Below are positions 11,408 through 21,073 of a stretch of DNA of 32,000 bases, one piece after another (position 1 is the first letter of the stretch; the number at the start of each line of letters is the position of its first letter). The position numbers were made by a program, and so were the translations under genes. The stretch comes from Synechococcus sp. A15-28. Lineage in GTDB: Bacteria > Cyanobacteriota > Cyanobacteriia > PCC-6307 > Cyanobiaceae. A model generated the notes under the pieces. The model worked only from the letters and a program-made list of their open reading frames with translations. It ran no database searches and was not told where the DNA came from. The stretch is from assembly GCF_014280175.1 (NCBI RefSeq), contig NZ_CP047931.1:1860001-1892000 (forward strand). The letters are read 5' to 3'.

Positions 11408-11458
11408 TCAAGGCGACTGGCACCTGATCTCACTTTTGTTTTCCATCCGCAGACACCA

Positions 11459-12010
11459 ATGAAATCCCGCCTCCTCTTCCTTGGCCCCCCTGGAGCAGGT
11501 AAGGGCACCCAGGCAGCGCGCCTGTGCGAAGCCAACGGCATGAAGCACCTGTCCACTGGTGATCTGCTGAGATCCGAAGTCGCTGCCGGCACAGCCCTGG
11601 GCCAGGAAGCCGAGGCGGTGATGAACCGCGGGGAACTGGTCAGTGATGCCCTGGTGCTGGCCATTGTGGAAAGTCAGTTGAAGGGCCTGTCGCGGGGCGG
11701 CTGGCTTCTTGATGGCTTTCCCCGCACCGTTCCCCAGGCCGACGCCCTCGAACCGCTGCTTGAAGAACTGAAGCAACCGATCGAAGCCGTGGTGCTGCTT
11801 GAGCTGGACGATGCCGTGCTGATCGAGCGTCTGCTGGCCCGTGGCCGCGACGACGACAACGAAGCGGTGATCCGCAATCGGCTTGAGGTCTACCGGGAGA
11901 AGACATCACCCCTGATCAGCTTCTATCGGGACAAAGGTCTGCTGGTGTCGGTTGAAGCGAACGGATCCGTTGAGGAGATCACAGATCGGATCACAGGAGT
12001 GTTGAGTTGA
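11459..12010 (+). CDS. adk: Adenylate kinase
   Basis: [17 protein letters not shown] (P-loop)...[10 protein letters not shown]. Confidence 0.97.
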   Translation: MKSRLLFLGPPGAGKGTQAARLCEANGMKHLSTGDLLRSEVAAGTALGQEAEAVMNRGELVSDALVLAIVESQLKGLSRGGWLLDGFPRTVPQADALEPLLEELKQPIEAVVLLELDDAVLIERLLARGRDDDNEAVIRNRLEVYREKTSPLISFYRDKGLLVSVEANGSVEEITDRITGVLS

Positions 12011-12056
12011 CCTGTGTGATAGGGTTGCCGTTTGGAAATTTGGAGAGCCACGCCTC

Positions 12057-12170
12057 ATGAAGGTGCGCAGCTCAGTCAAGAAAATGTGTGACAAGTGCCG
12101 GGTGATTCGTCGCCACGGCAAGGTCATGGTCATTTGCGCCAACCCTAAGCACAAGCAACGCCAGGGCTGA
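12057..12170 (+). CDS. rpmJ: 50S ribosomal protein L36
   Basis: Manual translation, below the ORF-track size cutoff: [37 protein letters not shown], 37 aa. Confidence 0.95.
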   Translation: MKVRSSVKKMCDKCRVIRRHGKVMVICANPKHKQRQG

Positions 12171-12283
12171 CTCCCAGCCCCAGTCAGACCTAGGCGGATC
12201 CCTGAATCCCAGCTTTCGGCCTGCACAGCAACAATCACCGCCTCCGCTTCAAGGAGGCATTTGTCCCTCTCATTCAAATCTTC

Positions 12284-12649
12284 GTGGCACGGATCGCCGG
12301 CGTTGACATTCCCCGCGACAAGCGGGTTGAAGTGTCCCTCACCTACATCTATGGAGTTGGCCCGACCCGGGCACGAGCCATTCTGGCTCAGACTGGTGTG
12401 AACCCCGACATCCGGGTCAAGGATCTGGAAGACGGTGACCTTCAGAAACTCCGGAATGCCGCCGATGACTACACCCTCGAGGGTGATCTGCGCCGGCAGG
12501 AGGGAATGGCGCTCAAGCGCCTTCAGGACATCGGCTGCGTCCGCGGACGACGTCATCGCATGAGCCTGCCTGTGCGCGGCCAGCGCACACGGACCAATGC
12601 CCGTACCCGTAGGGGCGCGCGCAAAACCGTGGCCGGCAAGAAGAAGTAA
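12284..12649 (+). CDS. rpsM: 30S ribosomal protein S13
   Basis: GTG start; [25 protein letters not shown]. Confidence 0.97.
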   Translation: MARIAGVDIPRDKRVEVSLTYIYGVGPTRARAILAQTGVNPDIRVKDLEDGDLQKLRNAADDYTLEGDLRRQEGMALKRLQDIGCVRGRRHRMSLPVRGQRTRTNARTRRGARKTVAGKKK

Positions 12650-12685
12650 TCCCCCCCTCGTCCTTTACACGACCGTTTCCGGCCC

Positions 12686-13078
12686 ATGGCCAAACCAGCC
12701 AAGAAAACAGGCCCCAAGAAGGCCAAACGCAACGTCCCGAATGGCGTTGCTCACATCCAGAGCACCTTCAACAACACCATCGTGTCGATTACCGACACAT
12801 CCGGTGAGGTCATCTCCTGGTCCTCTGCTGGCGCCAGTGGCTTCAAGGGCGCGCGCAAGGGCACACCCTTCGCAGCCCAGACGGCAGCTGAAGCCGCTGC
12901 CCGCCGCGCCCTTGATCAGGGCATGCGCCAGATCGAGGTGCTGGTCAAAGGTCCCGGATCCGGTCGTGAGACGGCGATTCGTGCCCTGCAGGTTGCCGGA
13001 CTTGAGATCACCCTGATCCGAGACGTCACCCCGCTGCCCCACAACGGTTGCCGGCGGCCCAAGCGCCGTCGCGTCTGA
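12686..13078 (+). CDS. rpsK: 30S ribosomal protein S11
   Basis: [28 protein letters not shown]...[18 protein letters not shown]. Confidence 0.98.
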   Translation: MAKPAKKTGPKKAKRNVPNGVAHIQSTFNNTIVSITDTSGEVISWSSAGASGFKGARKGTPFAAQTAAEAAARRALDQGMRQIEVLVKGPGSGRETAIRALQVAGLEITLIRDVTPLPHNGCRRPKRRRV

Positions 13079-13122
13079 ATCGCACCAATTCCCGGTTTAC
13101 GCCCCCTACCCCGCATCAGACC

Positions 13123-14061
13123 GTGCTGCAGTACCAGATCGACCGCATCGAGCATCAGGTGGAGGAGGATCGCTCCCAGAGCGGTGTGTTCCTCATCGGT
13201 CCCCTCGAGCGGGGTCAGGCGACCACCCTCGGCAACGCCCTGCGACGGGTTCTGATGGGCGGCCTCGAAGGCAGTGCCGTCACCGCCATTCGCATTGCCG
13301 GCGTTAACCACGAGTACGCCACCGTTCCCGGTGTGCGTGAAGACGTTCTCGACATCCTTCTGAACTGCAAGGAGCTCTCCGTCAACAGCCGCTCCCCAGA
13401 GCTCGAAATCGGCCGTCTCGTGGTGGCGGGTCCTGCTGAGGTGACCGCCAACGACCTGCAGTTCTCCTCGCAGGTGGACGTGGTCGACGGCAACCGACCC
13501 ATCGCCACCGTGGCCGATGGTTACAGCCTCGAGCTTGAGGTTCATGTCGAGCGCGGTGTGGGCTACAGGCCGGTGGATCGCCACAGCGAGGACACCAGCG
13601 CCATCGACCTGCTCCAGATCGATGCCGTGTTCATGCCGGTGATTCGGGTGAATTTCACCATCGATGAAACCGCTGTCGCCGAAGGGGGCTCAGCCCGTGA
13701 GCGTCTGCGCATGGAGATCGTCACCGACGGTTCCATCACGCCCGACGATGCTCTGGCTCAGTCAGCGAACCACCTGATCGAGTTGTTCCAGCCCCTCGCC
13801 ACGGTGACCCTCGTGGAGGAGCCTGGTGTCGAGCCTGAACCCTCTGCAGAAGCCCAGATTCCTCTGGAGGAACTCAACCTTTCAGTACGGGCTTACAACT
13901 GCCTCAAGCGGGCCCAGGTCAACTCCGTCTCCGACCTCATGGGCTTCAGCTACGAGGACCTGCTGGAGATCAAGAACTTCGGTTCCAAATCCGCCGACGA
14001 GGTGATCGAAGCGCTCGAACGCATCGGCATCTCCATCCCCCAGAGCCGCACCTCTGCCTGA
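13123..14061 (+). CDS. rpoA: DNA-directed RNA polymerase alpha subunit
   Basis: ORF 13048..14061. The GTG at 13123 gives [45 protein letters not shown] (312 aa) and avoids overlap with rpsK. C-terminal domain: [22 protein letters not shown]. Confidence 0.95.
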   Translation: MLQYQIDRIEHQVEEDRSQSGVFLIGPLERGQATTLGNALRRVLMGGLEGSAVTAIRIAGVNHEYATVPGVREDVLDILLNCKELSVNSRSPELEIGRLVVAGPAEVTANDLQFSSQVDVVDGNRPIATVADGYSLELEVHVERGVGYRPVDRHSEDTSAIDLLQIDAVFMPVIRVNFTIDETAVAEGGSARERLRMEIVTDGSITPDDALAQSANHLIELFQPLATVTLVEEPGVEPEPSAEAQIPLEELNLSVRAYNCLKRAQVNSVSDLMGFSYEDLLEIKNFGSKSADEVIEALERIGISIPQSRTSA

Positions 14062-14108
14062 GATCGGCCTACCTGACCCCTTTCCCGACATCCGTCTCCG
14101 ACAGAACC

Positions 14109-14459
14109 ATGCGTCACCAATGCCGAGTTCCCCAGCTGGGCCGTCCTGCTGACCAGCGCAAGGCGATGCTCCGCGCCCTCACCACCCAGCTGATCCGCGA
14201 AGGTCGGGTGACCACCACCAAGGCCCGCGCCAAGGCCCTGCGCGACGAAGCGGAGCGGATGATCACCCTCGCCAAGGACGGCAGCCTGGCCTCCCGTCGT
14301 CGGGCTCTGGGCTACATCTACGACAAGCAATTGGTGCACGCTCTGTTCGACAAGGCACCCGACCGCTACAGCGACCGCAAGGGTGGTTACACCCGCATCA
14401 CCCGCACGGTGCCCCGTCGTGGCGACAACGCCGAGATGGCGATCATCGAACTGGTCTGA
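14109..14459 (+). CDS. rplQ: 50S ribosomal protein L17
   Basis: [45 protein letters not shown]. Confidence 0.98.
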   Translation: MRHQCRVPQLGRPADQRKAMLRALTTQLIREGRVTTTKARAKALRDEAERMITLAKDGSLASRRRALGYIYDKQLVHALFDKAPDRYSDRKGGYTRITRTVPRRGDNAEMAIIELV

Positions 14460-14487
14460 TCCCCGCCCCCTGCGTCAGTTCTGACGT

Positions 14488-15387
14488 TTGAGCTCCGAAC
14501 CCTCGTCTGCAACTCCTGAGTCCCCGGTCCTTCGTCGGATCGCCCTCAGCCTGCAGTACGAGGGTTCTGCCTTTTGCGGATGGCAGCGACAACGCAATGG
14601 CCACAGCGTTCAGGCTCAACTGGAAGCGGCCATCGAGCAGCTGGATCCGCACCGACCGATCCAGACCTTCGCTGCGGGGAGAACCGACGCCGGCGTTCAT
14701 GCCGCGGGGCAGGTGGTGCATTTCGACTGTGGTGACAGGATTCCCCCCTCCAAATGGGCTCCAGCCCTGAACGGACGGTTGCCGTCCACAATCCGGGTGA
14801 GGGAGTCGGTGCCGCGGCCCATGGATTGGCACGCCTGCTACTCGGCCACCTACCGGCGCTATCGCTACACCATTCACAACGGTCGGCGGCCCAACCTGTT
14901 CCTCGCCCGCTGGAGTTGGCACCGCTATCGGCTCCGGCTGGATGAGTCCCGGATGCGGGACGCCCTCAACGGCATGCTCGGGCTCCATGACTTCAGCGCG
15001 TTCATGCGGGCCGGAAGCCGGCGGGCCCACGCCCGCACCACGGTTCAGGAGGTGGAGCTTGTGCGCCAGGGCGACATACTTCGCGTCGAGATCCAGGCCA
15101 GTGGGTTCCTTTACGGCATGGTTCGCCTGCTGATGGCTCAGCTGGTGGCCGTGGGCGAACACCGTCTGTCCGTCGGAGATTTCGAGCAGAGCTGGCGTCA
15201 GCGACGACGCCACGAGGTGAAGGAAGCCGCTCCTGGCCACGGGCTGTGCCTGCTCAGGGCAGGGTATGAGGACGACATCTTCACCAGAGCAGGCTGGTAC
15301 GATTGCCAACCTTGGTTTTTTCTGGCGGAGAGTGATCCCCCACCGGATCCTCCGCCTCTGCCGGAAGCAAGCGGATCTGAACTCTGA
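14488..15387 (+). CDS. truA: tRNA pseudouridine(38-40) synthase TruA
   Basis: [18 protein letters not shown]...[19 protein letters not shown] (catalytic Asp motif). The TTG start at 14488 is uncertain. Confidence 0.92.
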   Translation: MSSEPSSATPESPVLRRIALSLQYEGSAFCGWQRQRNGHSVQAQLEAAIEQLDPHRPIQTFAAGRTDAGVHAAGQVVHFDCGDRIPPSKWAPALNGRLPSTIRVRESVPRPMDWHACYSATYRRYRYTIHNGRRPNLFLARWSWHRYRLRLDESRMRDALNGMLGLHDFSAFMRAGSRRAHARTTVQEVELVRQGDILRVEIQASGFLYGMVRLLMAQLVAVGEHRLSVGDFEQSWRQRRRHEVKEAAPGHGLCLLRAGYEDDIFTRAGWYDCQPWFFLAESDPPPDPPPLPEASGSEL

Positions 15388-15531
15388 TTGCTGCTCTTCT
15401 CATCAGGAGAAGGGCCCTGTCGAAGAGTAAGCTCGATCCTTGAGCTCCCGTCAGGTCCTCCTCTGGACCAGACCATCCCTGACCAGCTCTGCCATCCCGG
15501 CTGAGCAATTCCGAACCGGCATGCCGGCGCG

Positions 15532-15984
15532 ATGAACAAGACCTCCCTTCCTCAGACTGATTCTCTCGATCGCCAGTGGTATCTGGTGGACGCTGAGAAC
15601 AAGACCCTCGGGCGCCTCGCCACCGAGGTTGCCGCTGTTCTGCGCGGCAAAAACAACCCGAGCTTCACCCCCCATCTGGACACCGGCGATTTCGTCGTGG
15701 TGGTGAATGCCGAGAAGATCCGGGTGAGTGGCAGCAAGCCAACCCAGAAGCTGTATCGCCGTCACTCCGGTCGTCCCGGCGGCATGAAGACCGAAACCTT
15801 CGAGGCGCTGCAGGAGCGCATCCCCGAGCGGATCGTTGAAAAGGCGATCAAGGGCATGCTTCCCCACAACGCCCTCGGCCGTCAGATGTTCCGCAAACTC
15901 AAGGTGTACAAGGGCAGCGAGCATCCCCATGCCGCCCAGAAGCCTCAGCCTCTTCAGCTCAACCCCTCTGCATCCGCCCAATGA
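15532..15984 (+). CDS. rplM: 50S ribosomal protein L13
   Basis: [33 protein letters not shown]. Confidence 0.98.
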   Translation: MNKTSLPQTDSLDRQWYLVDAENKTLGRLATEVAAVLRGKNNPSFTPHLDTGDFVVVVNAEKIRVSGSKPTQKLYRRHSGRPGGMKTETFEALQERIPERIVEKAIKGMLPHNALGRQMFRKLKVYKGSEHPHAAQKPQPLQLNPSASAQ

Positions 15985-16382
15985 GCAGCAATTCCGTCGT
16001 CTACTGGGGCACTGGTCGCCGTAAGACCTCCGTCGCCCGCGTTCGCCTTGTCCCCGGCAACGGCACGATCACCATCAATGGTCGTCCTGGTGACAACTAC
16101 CTGAATTACAACCCCGCCTACATCGCAGCGGTGAAAGCTCCCCTCGAGACCCTCGGTCTCGGCACGGAGTACGACATCCTCGTCAACGTTCACGGTGGCG
16201 GACTCACCGGCCAGTCGGGAGCCATCAAGCAAGGAGCCGCCCGTGCTCTCTGTGAATTGTCAGCCGACAACCGCAAGCCCCTCAAGACCGAAGGCCACCT
16301 CAGCCGTGACCCCCGAGCCAAGGAACGTCGCAAGTACGGTCTCAAGAAAGCTCGTAAGGCTCCTCAGTTCTCCAAGCGCTGA
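15981..16382 (+). CDS. rpsI: 30S ribosomal protein S9
   Basis: [16 protein letters not shown]...[25 protein letters not shown]; ATGA overlap with rplM. Confidence 0.98.
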   Translation: MSSNSVVYWGTGRRKTSVARVRLVPGNGTITINGRPGDNYLNYNPAYIAAVKAPLETLGLGTEYDILVNVHGGGLTGQSGAIKQGAARALCELSADNRKPLKTEGHLSRDPRAKERRKYGLKKARKAPQFSKR

Positions 16383-16392
16383 TTTTCTACCC

Positions 16393-16647
16393 ATGCCCAA
16401 GCCCGACATCCATCCCACCTGGTATCCCGATGCCAAGGTGATCTGCAACGGCGAAGTTGTGATGACCACCGGCTCCACCCAGCCGGAGATTCACGTCGAC
16501 GTCTGGAGTGGCAACCACCCCTTCTTCACCGGCACCCAGAAGATCCTTGACACCGAAGGCCGCGTCGATCGCTTCATGAAGAAGTACGGCATGGGCAAGA
16601 AGAAGGCTGGCGACAAAGCCAAGGCCGAGGCCAAAACAGACGCGTAG
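16393..16647 (+). CDS. rpmE: 50S ribosomal protein L31
   Basis: Internal Met (16393) of ORF 16195..16647: MPKPDIHPTWYPDAKVICNGEVVMTTGSTQPEIHVDVWSGNHPFFTG. Confidence 0.95.
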   Translation: MPKPDIHPTWYPDAKVICNGEVVMTTGSTQPEIHVDVWSGNHPFFTGTQKILDTEGRVDRFMKKYGMGKKKAGDKAKAEAKTDA

Positions 16648-16667
16648 TTCTGATGTGAGCCCGGGGC

Positions 16668-17765
16668 ATGGACGCCTCGACCCTTGTTGCGCGGCTTGAG
16701 GCCGCTACAGCCAGCTTCCGCAACCTTGAGCGGCAGCTGGCTGATCCTGATGTGGCGGCCGACCCCACACGATTGGAAAAAATTGCCCGGGAACGGGCAC
16801 GGCTCGAACCCCTGGTGCTCGGCTTCGAAGAGCTGCAGGGATTGGAAGAAGAGCAGCAACAGACGCGCGAGCTGCTGAAGGAAAGCCGCGGGGATGCAGC
16901 CATGGAGGAGCTGGCCCAGGAGGACCTTGCCAGCCTCAACAGTCGCCACGCCGAGCTGACTGAGACGCTCACCCTGGCCCTGTTGCCCCGTGACCCCCGC
17001 GATGAACGCAGCGTCATGCTGGAGATCAGAGCAGGGGCGGGTGGCGATGAAGCCTGCATCTGGGCCGGTGATCTGGCGCGCATGTACGAGCGATACAGCC
17101 AGAAGCTGGGCTGGAACGTACAACCCATCAGCAGCAATGAAGCGGACCTGGGGGGATTTCGGGAACTGATCCTCTCGGTCAAGGGGGACAGCGTGTTCAG
17201 TCAGCTCAAGTTCGAAGCCGGAGTGCATCGGGTGCAGCGGGTCCCGGCCACCGAATCCCAGGGACGCGTTCATACCTCCACAGCCACCGTCGCCGTGATG
17301 CCCGAGGCTGATGCCGTGGAGGTGCAGCTGGACCCCAAGGATCTGGAGATCAGCACCGCCCGCTCCGGCGGAGCCGGTGGCCAGAACGTCAACAAGGTGG
17401 AAACCGCCGTGGACCTGCTCCACAAACCCAGCGGCATCCGTGTGTTCTGCACCCAGGAGCGTTCACAGCTGCAGAACCGGGAACGGGCCCTGGAGATCCT
17501 GCGAGCCAAGCTGCTGGAGCAGGAGCAACGGGAGGCGGCAGCGCGCGAGAGCAGCGACCGGCGCGCCCAGGTGGGTAGCGGAGATCGCAGTGAAAAGATC
17601 CGCACTTACAACTACAAGGACAACCGCACCACCGATCACCGGCTGGGCAGGAACTTCTCCTTGGAACCCGTGCTGGACGGTCAGCTCGAGGATTTGATCG
17701 GTGCCTGCATTGCGGACGAGCAACGGCAGAAACTGGAAGCCCTCAGCCAACAGAGCGAAGACTGA
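16668..17765 (+). CDS. prfA: Peptide chain release factor 1
   Basis: 365 aa; [17 protein letters not shown] (GGQ motif) and [12 protein letters not shown] (PxT-type recognition region). Confidence 0.97.
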   Translation: MDASTLVARLEAATASFRNLERQLADPDVAADPTRLEKIARERARLEPLVLGFEELQGLEEEQQQTRELLKESRGDAAMEELAQEDLASLNSRHAELTETLTLALLPRDPRDERSVMLEIRAGAGGDEACIWAGDLARMYERYSQKLGWNVQPISSNEADLGGFRELILSVKGDSVFSQLKFEAGVHRVQRVPATESQGRVHTSTATVAVMPEADAVEVQLDPKDLEISTARSGGAGGQNVNKVETAVDLLHKPSGIRVFCTQERSQLQNRERALEILRAKLLEQEQREAAARESSDRRAQVGSGDRSEKIRTYNYKDNRTTDHRLGRNFSLEPVLDGQLEDLIGACIADEQRQKLEALSQQSED

Positions 17766-17773
17766 CCCTCAGC

Positions 17774-18274
17774 TCAGGCCCCGATCACATATTTGGCCCA
17801 TTCACTGTGGCGGCCGGAATGAATCTGACGCGTGGCCTCAAAGCTGAGGCTGCTCAGAGGTCGGCGCGGCACTCGCATCAGCGGCATATCTGCTTCCTTG
17901 GGGGTGCGGTTGCCCTTGCGCACATTGCAGCTCAGACAGGCCGTGGTGACGTTTTCCCAGGTGTCACAACCACCCCGGCTGCGAGGCACCACATGATCGA
18001 TCGACAGCGGCTCATTACGGCAGCCGCAGTACTGACAGCTGTGGTTGTCGCGGTGAAACAGGTTGCGCCTCGTCAGCGGAAGCTGACGGAAGGGCACCCG
18101 CACGTACTGGCGCAGACGGATGACGGTCGGGAGATGGGTGCCACGCCGAATCTCACGGGTGGAATCCTGCTCGAGACTCTCAGCCTTGCCTTTGAGCATC
18201 ATCACCATGGCGCGGCGCCAGGTGGTGATGTTCAACGGCTCGTAGGACGCGTTGAGAACGAGAACCTGGCCCAT
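17774..18274 (-). CDS. Small HNH endonuclease-family protein (conserved core gene)
   Basis: ORF 17774..18367. The preferred start is 18274 (GGGAG about 6 nt upstream, no overlap with alr): MGQVLVLNASYEPLNITTWRRA...HSCQYCG...SIDHVVPRSRGG.DTWENVTTACLSCNVRKGN, an HNH / Zn-ribbon motif. Confidence 0.85.
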   Translation of the reverse strand: MGQVLVLNASYEPLNITTWRRAMVMMLKGKAESLEQDSTREIRRGTHLPTVIRLRQYVRVPFRQLPLTRRNLFHRDNHSCQYCGCRNEPLSIDHVVPRSRGGCDTWENVTTACLSCNVRKGNRTPKEADMPLMRVPRRPLSSLSFEATRQIHSGRHSEWAKYVIGA

Positions 18275-18348
18275 GCCAGCTCCCTGAATACAATTCATGC
18301 TATCGATCTCACCAAGCCCCCCTTTGTAACGCTGAGCACCAAAGCCCA

Positions 18349-19479
18349 ATGTCGGAGCTAAGTCCACGCCAGCGCGCCTGGTTGGAGGTTTCCCCCACAG
18401 CCATCGAGGCCAACTGCCGGCTGCTGCGCCATCAGCTGGCGCCAGGCTGTCAATTCATGGCGGTGGTGAAAGCCGACGGCTATGGCCATGGCGCCGTCAC
18501 TGTGGCGCGAGCCGCTCTCCGCGGTGGCGCTTCAAGCCTCGGGGTGGCCACTCTTCAAGAAGGTCTGGAGCTCCGCACCGCCGGCATCGAGGCCCCAGTG
18601 CTGATCCTCAGCGCCCTTCGAAGCCCGGAGGATCTCAGCTGTTGCCTGGACGGGCGACTGATGCCCACCCTGAGCGGCCTGGACGAGGCGAAGACCGCCG
18701 CAGCGATCGCCGCTGAACGGGGAACCGATCGCTTTCCGGTGCAGCTGAAACTCGACACGGGCATGGCCCGACTGGGGGGCGAATGGCAGGAGGGCGCTGG
18801 GTTGGTGCAATCCATCCGCGCCCTGCCGCAGCTGGAGCTGGTGGGCCTCTACAGCCACCTCGCCTGCGCAGACGAGCCCGATGATCAGCTCACCCAAGTG
18901 CAGCTGCAGCGCTTTCGATCTGTCATTGAGGCCCTGCCGGATGGCGGCAGGGGCCTGTGCTGCCATCTGGCCAATTCCGCCGGCACCATGCAGTCCCCCA
19001 GCCTGCACCTGGACATGGTGCGGGTCGGTCTGGCCCTCTACGGCCAAGCCCCCGCCAGCCACCTCGGGCGGGACCTTCCACTGCAGCCTGCCTTGGCGGT
19101 GAAGGCACGTGTCAGCCTGATCCGGGAGGTGCCGAGCGGCAGCGGCGTCAGCTACGGCCATCGCTTTGTCACCAGTCGTCCATCGCGTCTCGCCGTGATC
19201 GGGATCGGCTATGCCGACGGCGTGGTCCGGGCCCTGAGCGGCCGAATCGAGGTTCTGCACGGCGGCCGCAGGCTGCCGCAGGTGGGCAACATCACCATGG
19301 ACCAGATCATCCTGGATGCCACCGATGTTGATGACCTGACAGTGGGTGACATCGTCACGCTGCTGGGGCAGGACGGATCTGAACGCATCAGTCCAGAGGA
19401 GTGGAGCACTCGCTGCAACACGATCCCCTGGGAAATCCTCTGTGGTTTCAAACATCGCCTGCCGCGGGTCGAGATCTGA
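18349..19479 (+). CDS. alr: Alanine racemase
   Basis: 376 aa; AVVKADGYGHG (PLP-lysine motif), SYGHRF, and the C-terminal TIPWEILCG pattern. Confidence 0.95.
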   Translation: MSELSPRQRAWLEVSPTAIEANCRLLRHQLAPGCQFMAVVKADGYGHGAVTVARAALRGGASSLGVATLQEGLELRTAGIEAPVLILSALRSPEDLSCCLDGRLMPTLSGLDEAKTAAAIAAERGTDRFPVQLKLDTGMARLGGEWQEGAGLVQSIRALPQLELVGLYSHLACADEPDDQLTQVQLQRFRSVIEALPDGGRGLCCHLANSAGTMQSPSLHLDMVRVGLALYGQAPASHLGRDLPLQPALAVKARVSLIREVPSGSGVSYGHRFVTSRPSRLAVIGIGYADGVVRALSGRIEVLHGGRRLPQVGNITMDQIILDATDVDDLTVGDIVTLLGQDGSERISPEEWSTRCNTIPWEILCGFKHRLPRVEI

Positions 19480-19516
19480 CCGACTGTCCAACGCTTGGTA
19501 AGCTGGGTATGCAACT

Positions 19517-19605
19517 GGAGAGGTGGCTGAGTGGTTGAAAGCGGCTCCCTGCTAAGGAGTTACAGGAGGCAACTTCTGTCGAGGGTTCGAATCCCTCCCT
19601 CTCCG
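19517..19605 (+). tRNA. tRNA-Ser (anticodon GCU), class II with a long variable arm; CCA not encoded
   Basis: Acceptor ggagagg / cctctcc plus discriminator g. Anticodon stem gctcc / ggagt with loop cTGCTaa. Variable arm acaggag-gcaa-cttctgt. T arm gaggg-ttcgaat-ccctc. Folded by eye. Confidence 0.9.
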
Positions 19606-19855
19606 TTGAAAACCTGATTTAGGAGTTCTCAGAAGATCCCAAATCTGGCCAAATCAAAGACCACCACTGGGAAGTGCATCCCTAGGGAGCTTCCATTGTG
19701 CCCCGAAGTCCCTTCGTTGTCATGGGGGAATTTGTGGGGGAACCGGTCTCATAGCAAACCAGGCAGTCTGACTGCGCGGCAATGGATCCCAAGCGAACAT
19801 GTGGGGGATAAGCATTCACCAAGCCGACATCGACCATCTCAGGTCCAAGCCATCC

Positions 19856-20119
19856 ATGTCACTCCGCAAGAACTTCGACTCATTCACCTCAGAGCACAAG
19901 CTCCGTGACGCTCAGGAGGAATTCACGCACGCCGTTTATCGGTTTCGGGCAGCAGAGGAGGTCAAGGCCCCGAATCTGATCGCCTTGAAGCGAGAAATGG
20001 AGTTCTTAGAACGGAAGGTCGAGTACTGCCGGCAATGCGTCTATGCGGGACAACCGGTTGAGGAATACGCCGAATGGTCTGAGCTTCCAGAGCGGTGCCC
20101 TAAGCCAGCTTGGGCTTGA
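19856..20119 (+). CDS. Hypothetical protein (87 aa from the internal Met; the track ORF starts at 19799)
   Basis: Only an ORF in the first island segment: MSLRKNFDSFTSEHKLRDAQEEF...CRQCVYAGQPVEEY. No recognisable family. Confidence 0.4.
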   Translation: MSLRKNFDSFTSEHKLRDAQEEFTHAVYRFRAAEEVKAPNLIALKREMEFLERKVEYCRQCVYAGQPVEEYAEWSELPERCPKPAWA

Positions 20120-20176
20120 AGCTCTGGGCGCTGACGCGGCGAAAGCAGATGGGCTGGATAACTGCACTGTTTGTTC

Positions 20177-20199
20177 AAAAAAATGCCCCTCGACGGGGC
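20177..20199 (-). terminator. Putative intrinsic terminator read on the minus strand (GCCCC-5nt-GGGGC followed by a run of 7 T)
   Basis: The plus strand reads aaaaaaa t gcccc tcgac ggggc. On the minus strand this is a 5-bp all-GC hairpin followed by ATTTTTTT. No annotated minus-strand gene lies upstream of it. Confidence 0.3.
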
Positions 20200-20369
20200 G
20201 CTTGCTTGCCGACTGCCAATGCGATTGCCCCTGAGCAAGACGGCAAGACCTTTCAGGACAGGGGGAAGGATGCAGTGGTGGAGAAAGTTATGGATGGCAA
20301 CTGAGGAGATGTTCTCGACTGCACAAGCGGGCTAACCATTGGCATCCTTAGCTAAGAAGTCAGGCTCTG

Positions 20370-20531
20370 ATGGCACGAATCGGCAACAAAAAAGCGTTCA
20401 CCATCCATCTGAGCGATGAGATGGCGGCAATGATTGACCTCAAGCGCAAGGAGTGGGGCCTCAAAAGTCGAGGTGAAGTGATAGAGCGGCTTCTCGGTTG
20501 GATGATTGAGCCCACCGATTCCGATGGGTAG
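20370..20531 (+). CDS. Ribbon-helix-helix (CopG/Arc-like) small DNA-binding protein, 53 aa
   Basis: Manual translation, below the track cutoff: MARIGNKKAFTIHLSDEMAAMIDLKRKEWGLKSRGEVIERLLGWMIEPTDSDG. It shows a strand (KAFTIHL) then two helices. Its stop overlaps the start of the next ORF (ATGGGTAG). Confidence 0.6.
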   Translation: MARIGNKKAFTIHLSDEMAAMIDLKRKEWGLKSRGEVIERLLGWMIEPTDSDG

Positions 20532-20976
20532 TCGCAACGTCTCAGACCTGATCAAGCAACTCTTTGAGATCTCACGACAACTAGAGGCTGAGATCCCAGG
20601 CAGAAACTTTCTTCCCAGCGGTCAACAACTTGGAAACCTTGGAGAGGTCTTAGTTGCTGAGGCTTTCGGACTAAACCTTTGCAAGGCAATGACGAAGGGA
20701 ATTGATGCCCATACAGAAGATGGGCGAATGGTTCAGATCAAGACTGTTACGAGCAGATCTGCTGGGGTCCATCTCTCCAAGCGGCGTCCCAGCGTGAACA
20801 CGTACCTAATCGCAATCGAACTCAAACCAGATGGCACCTTTGAGGTGATCTACAACGGGCCTGAGATGCATGCGTGGCTTGTTCGCCAGTCAGGGAAGCC
20901 ATTCGTCTCGATGGGTCCTTTCCTGAAAGCTGCTGAAGCAATTCCGATGGACAAGCAACTCCCCTGTGTTGATTAA
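20524..20976 (+). CDS. Hypothetical protein with a PD-(D/E)xK-like (restriction-endonuclease-fold) signature, about 150 aa
   Basis: ORF 20506..20976, likely starting at 20524 (MGSRNVSDL). GNLGEVLVAEAFGL...KGIDAHTEDGRMVQIKT...YLIAIEL resembles an E...D...(Q/E)xK core. The third motif has Q rather than D/E, so catalytic status is uncertain. Confidence 0.6.
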   Translation: MGSRNVSDLIKQLFEISRQLEAEIPGRNFLPSGQQLGNLGEVLVAEAFGLNLCKAMTKGIDAHTEDGRMVQIKTVTSRSAGVHLSKRRPSVNTYLIAIELKPDGTFEVIYNGPEMHAWLVRQSGKPFVSMGPFLKAAEAIPMDKQLPCVD

Positions 20977-21073
20977 CAGGGCTAACCCCTGACCAAGCGT
21001 CAGAGGCGTGGCGGGAAAGCTTGGAACGAAGGAGGAGTGCTGAGGCCAGACTGGAGATGACTCAATCACCGTG

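Noticed and set aside
10600-11427. 275-aa alternative-frame ORF inside secY.
   Set aside because: It is Arg/His/Pro-rich out-of-frame read-through of a certain membrane-protein gene.
15516-15527. Perfect 12-nt palindrome ccggcatgccgg just upstream of the rplM start.
   Set aside because: It is short and GC-rich, so it is easily explained by chance in this genome. There is no flanking operator-like repeat.
1239-17765. Absence of rpsJ (S10) at the head of the cluster, and of rpsN (S14) and rpmD (L30) between rplE/rpsH and rpsE/rplO.
   Set aside because: This is the normal cyanobacterial arrangement: S10 sits with the str/tufA cluster, S14 is elsewhere and L30 is absent. It is not a deletion.
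14443-19491. Long minus-strand ORFs antisense to truA (14443..15309), prfA (16491..17423 and 16574..17182) and alr (18532..19491).
   Set aside because: These are shadow ORFs opposite genes with unambiguous family motifs, and they have no independent support.
20352-20555. 67-aa minus-strand ORF.
   Set aside because: It lies exactly antisense to the RHH ORF, which has a far more convincing fold pattern and overlaps its downstream partner. It is kept only as a possible antisense transcript region (see the terminator finding).
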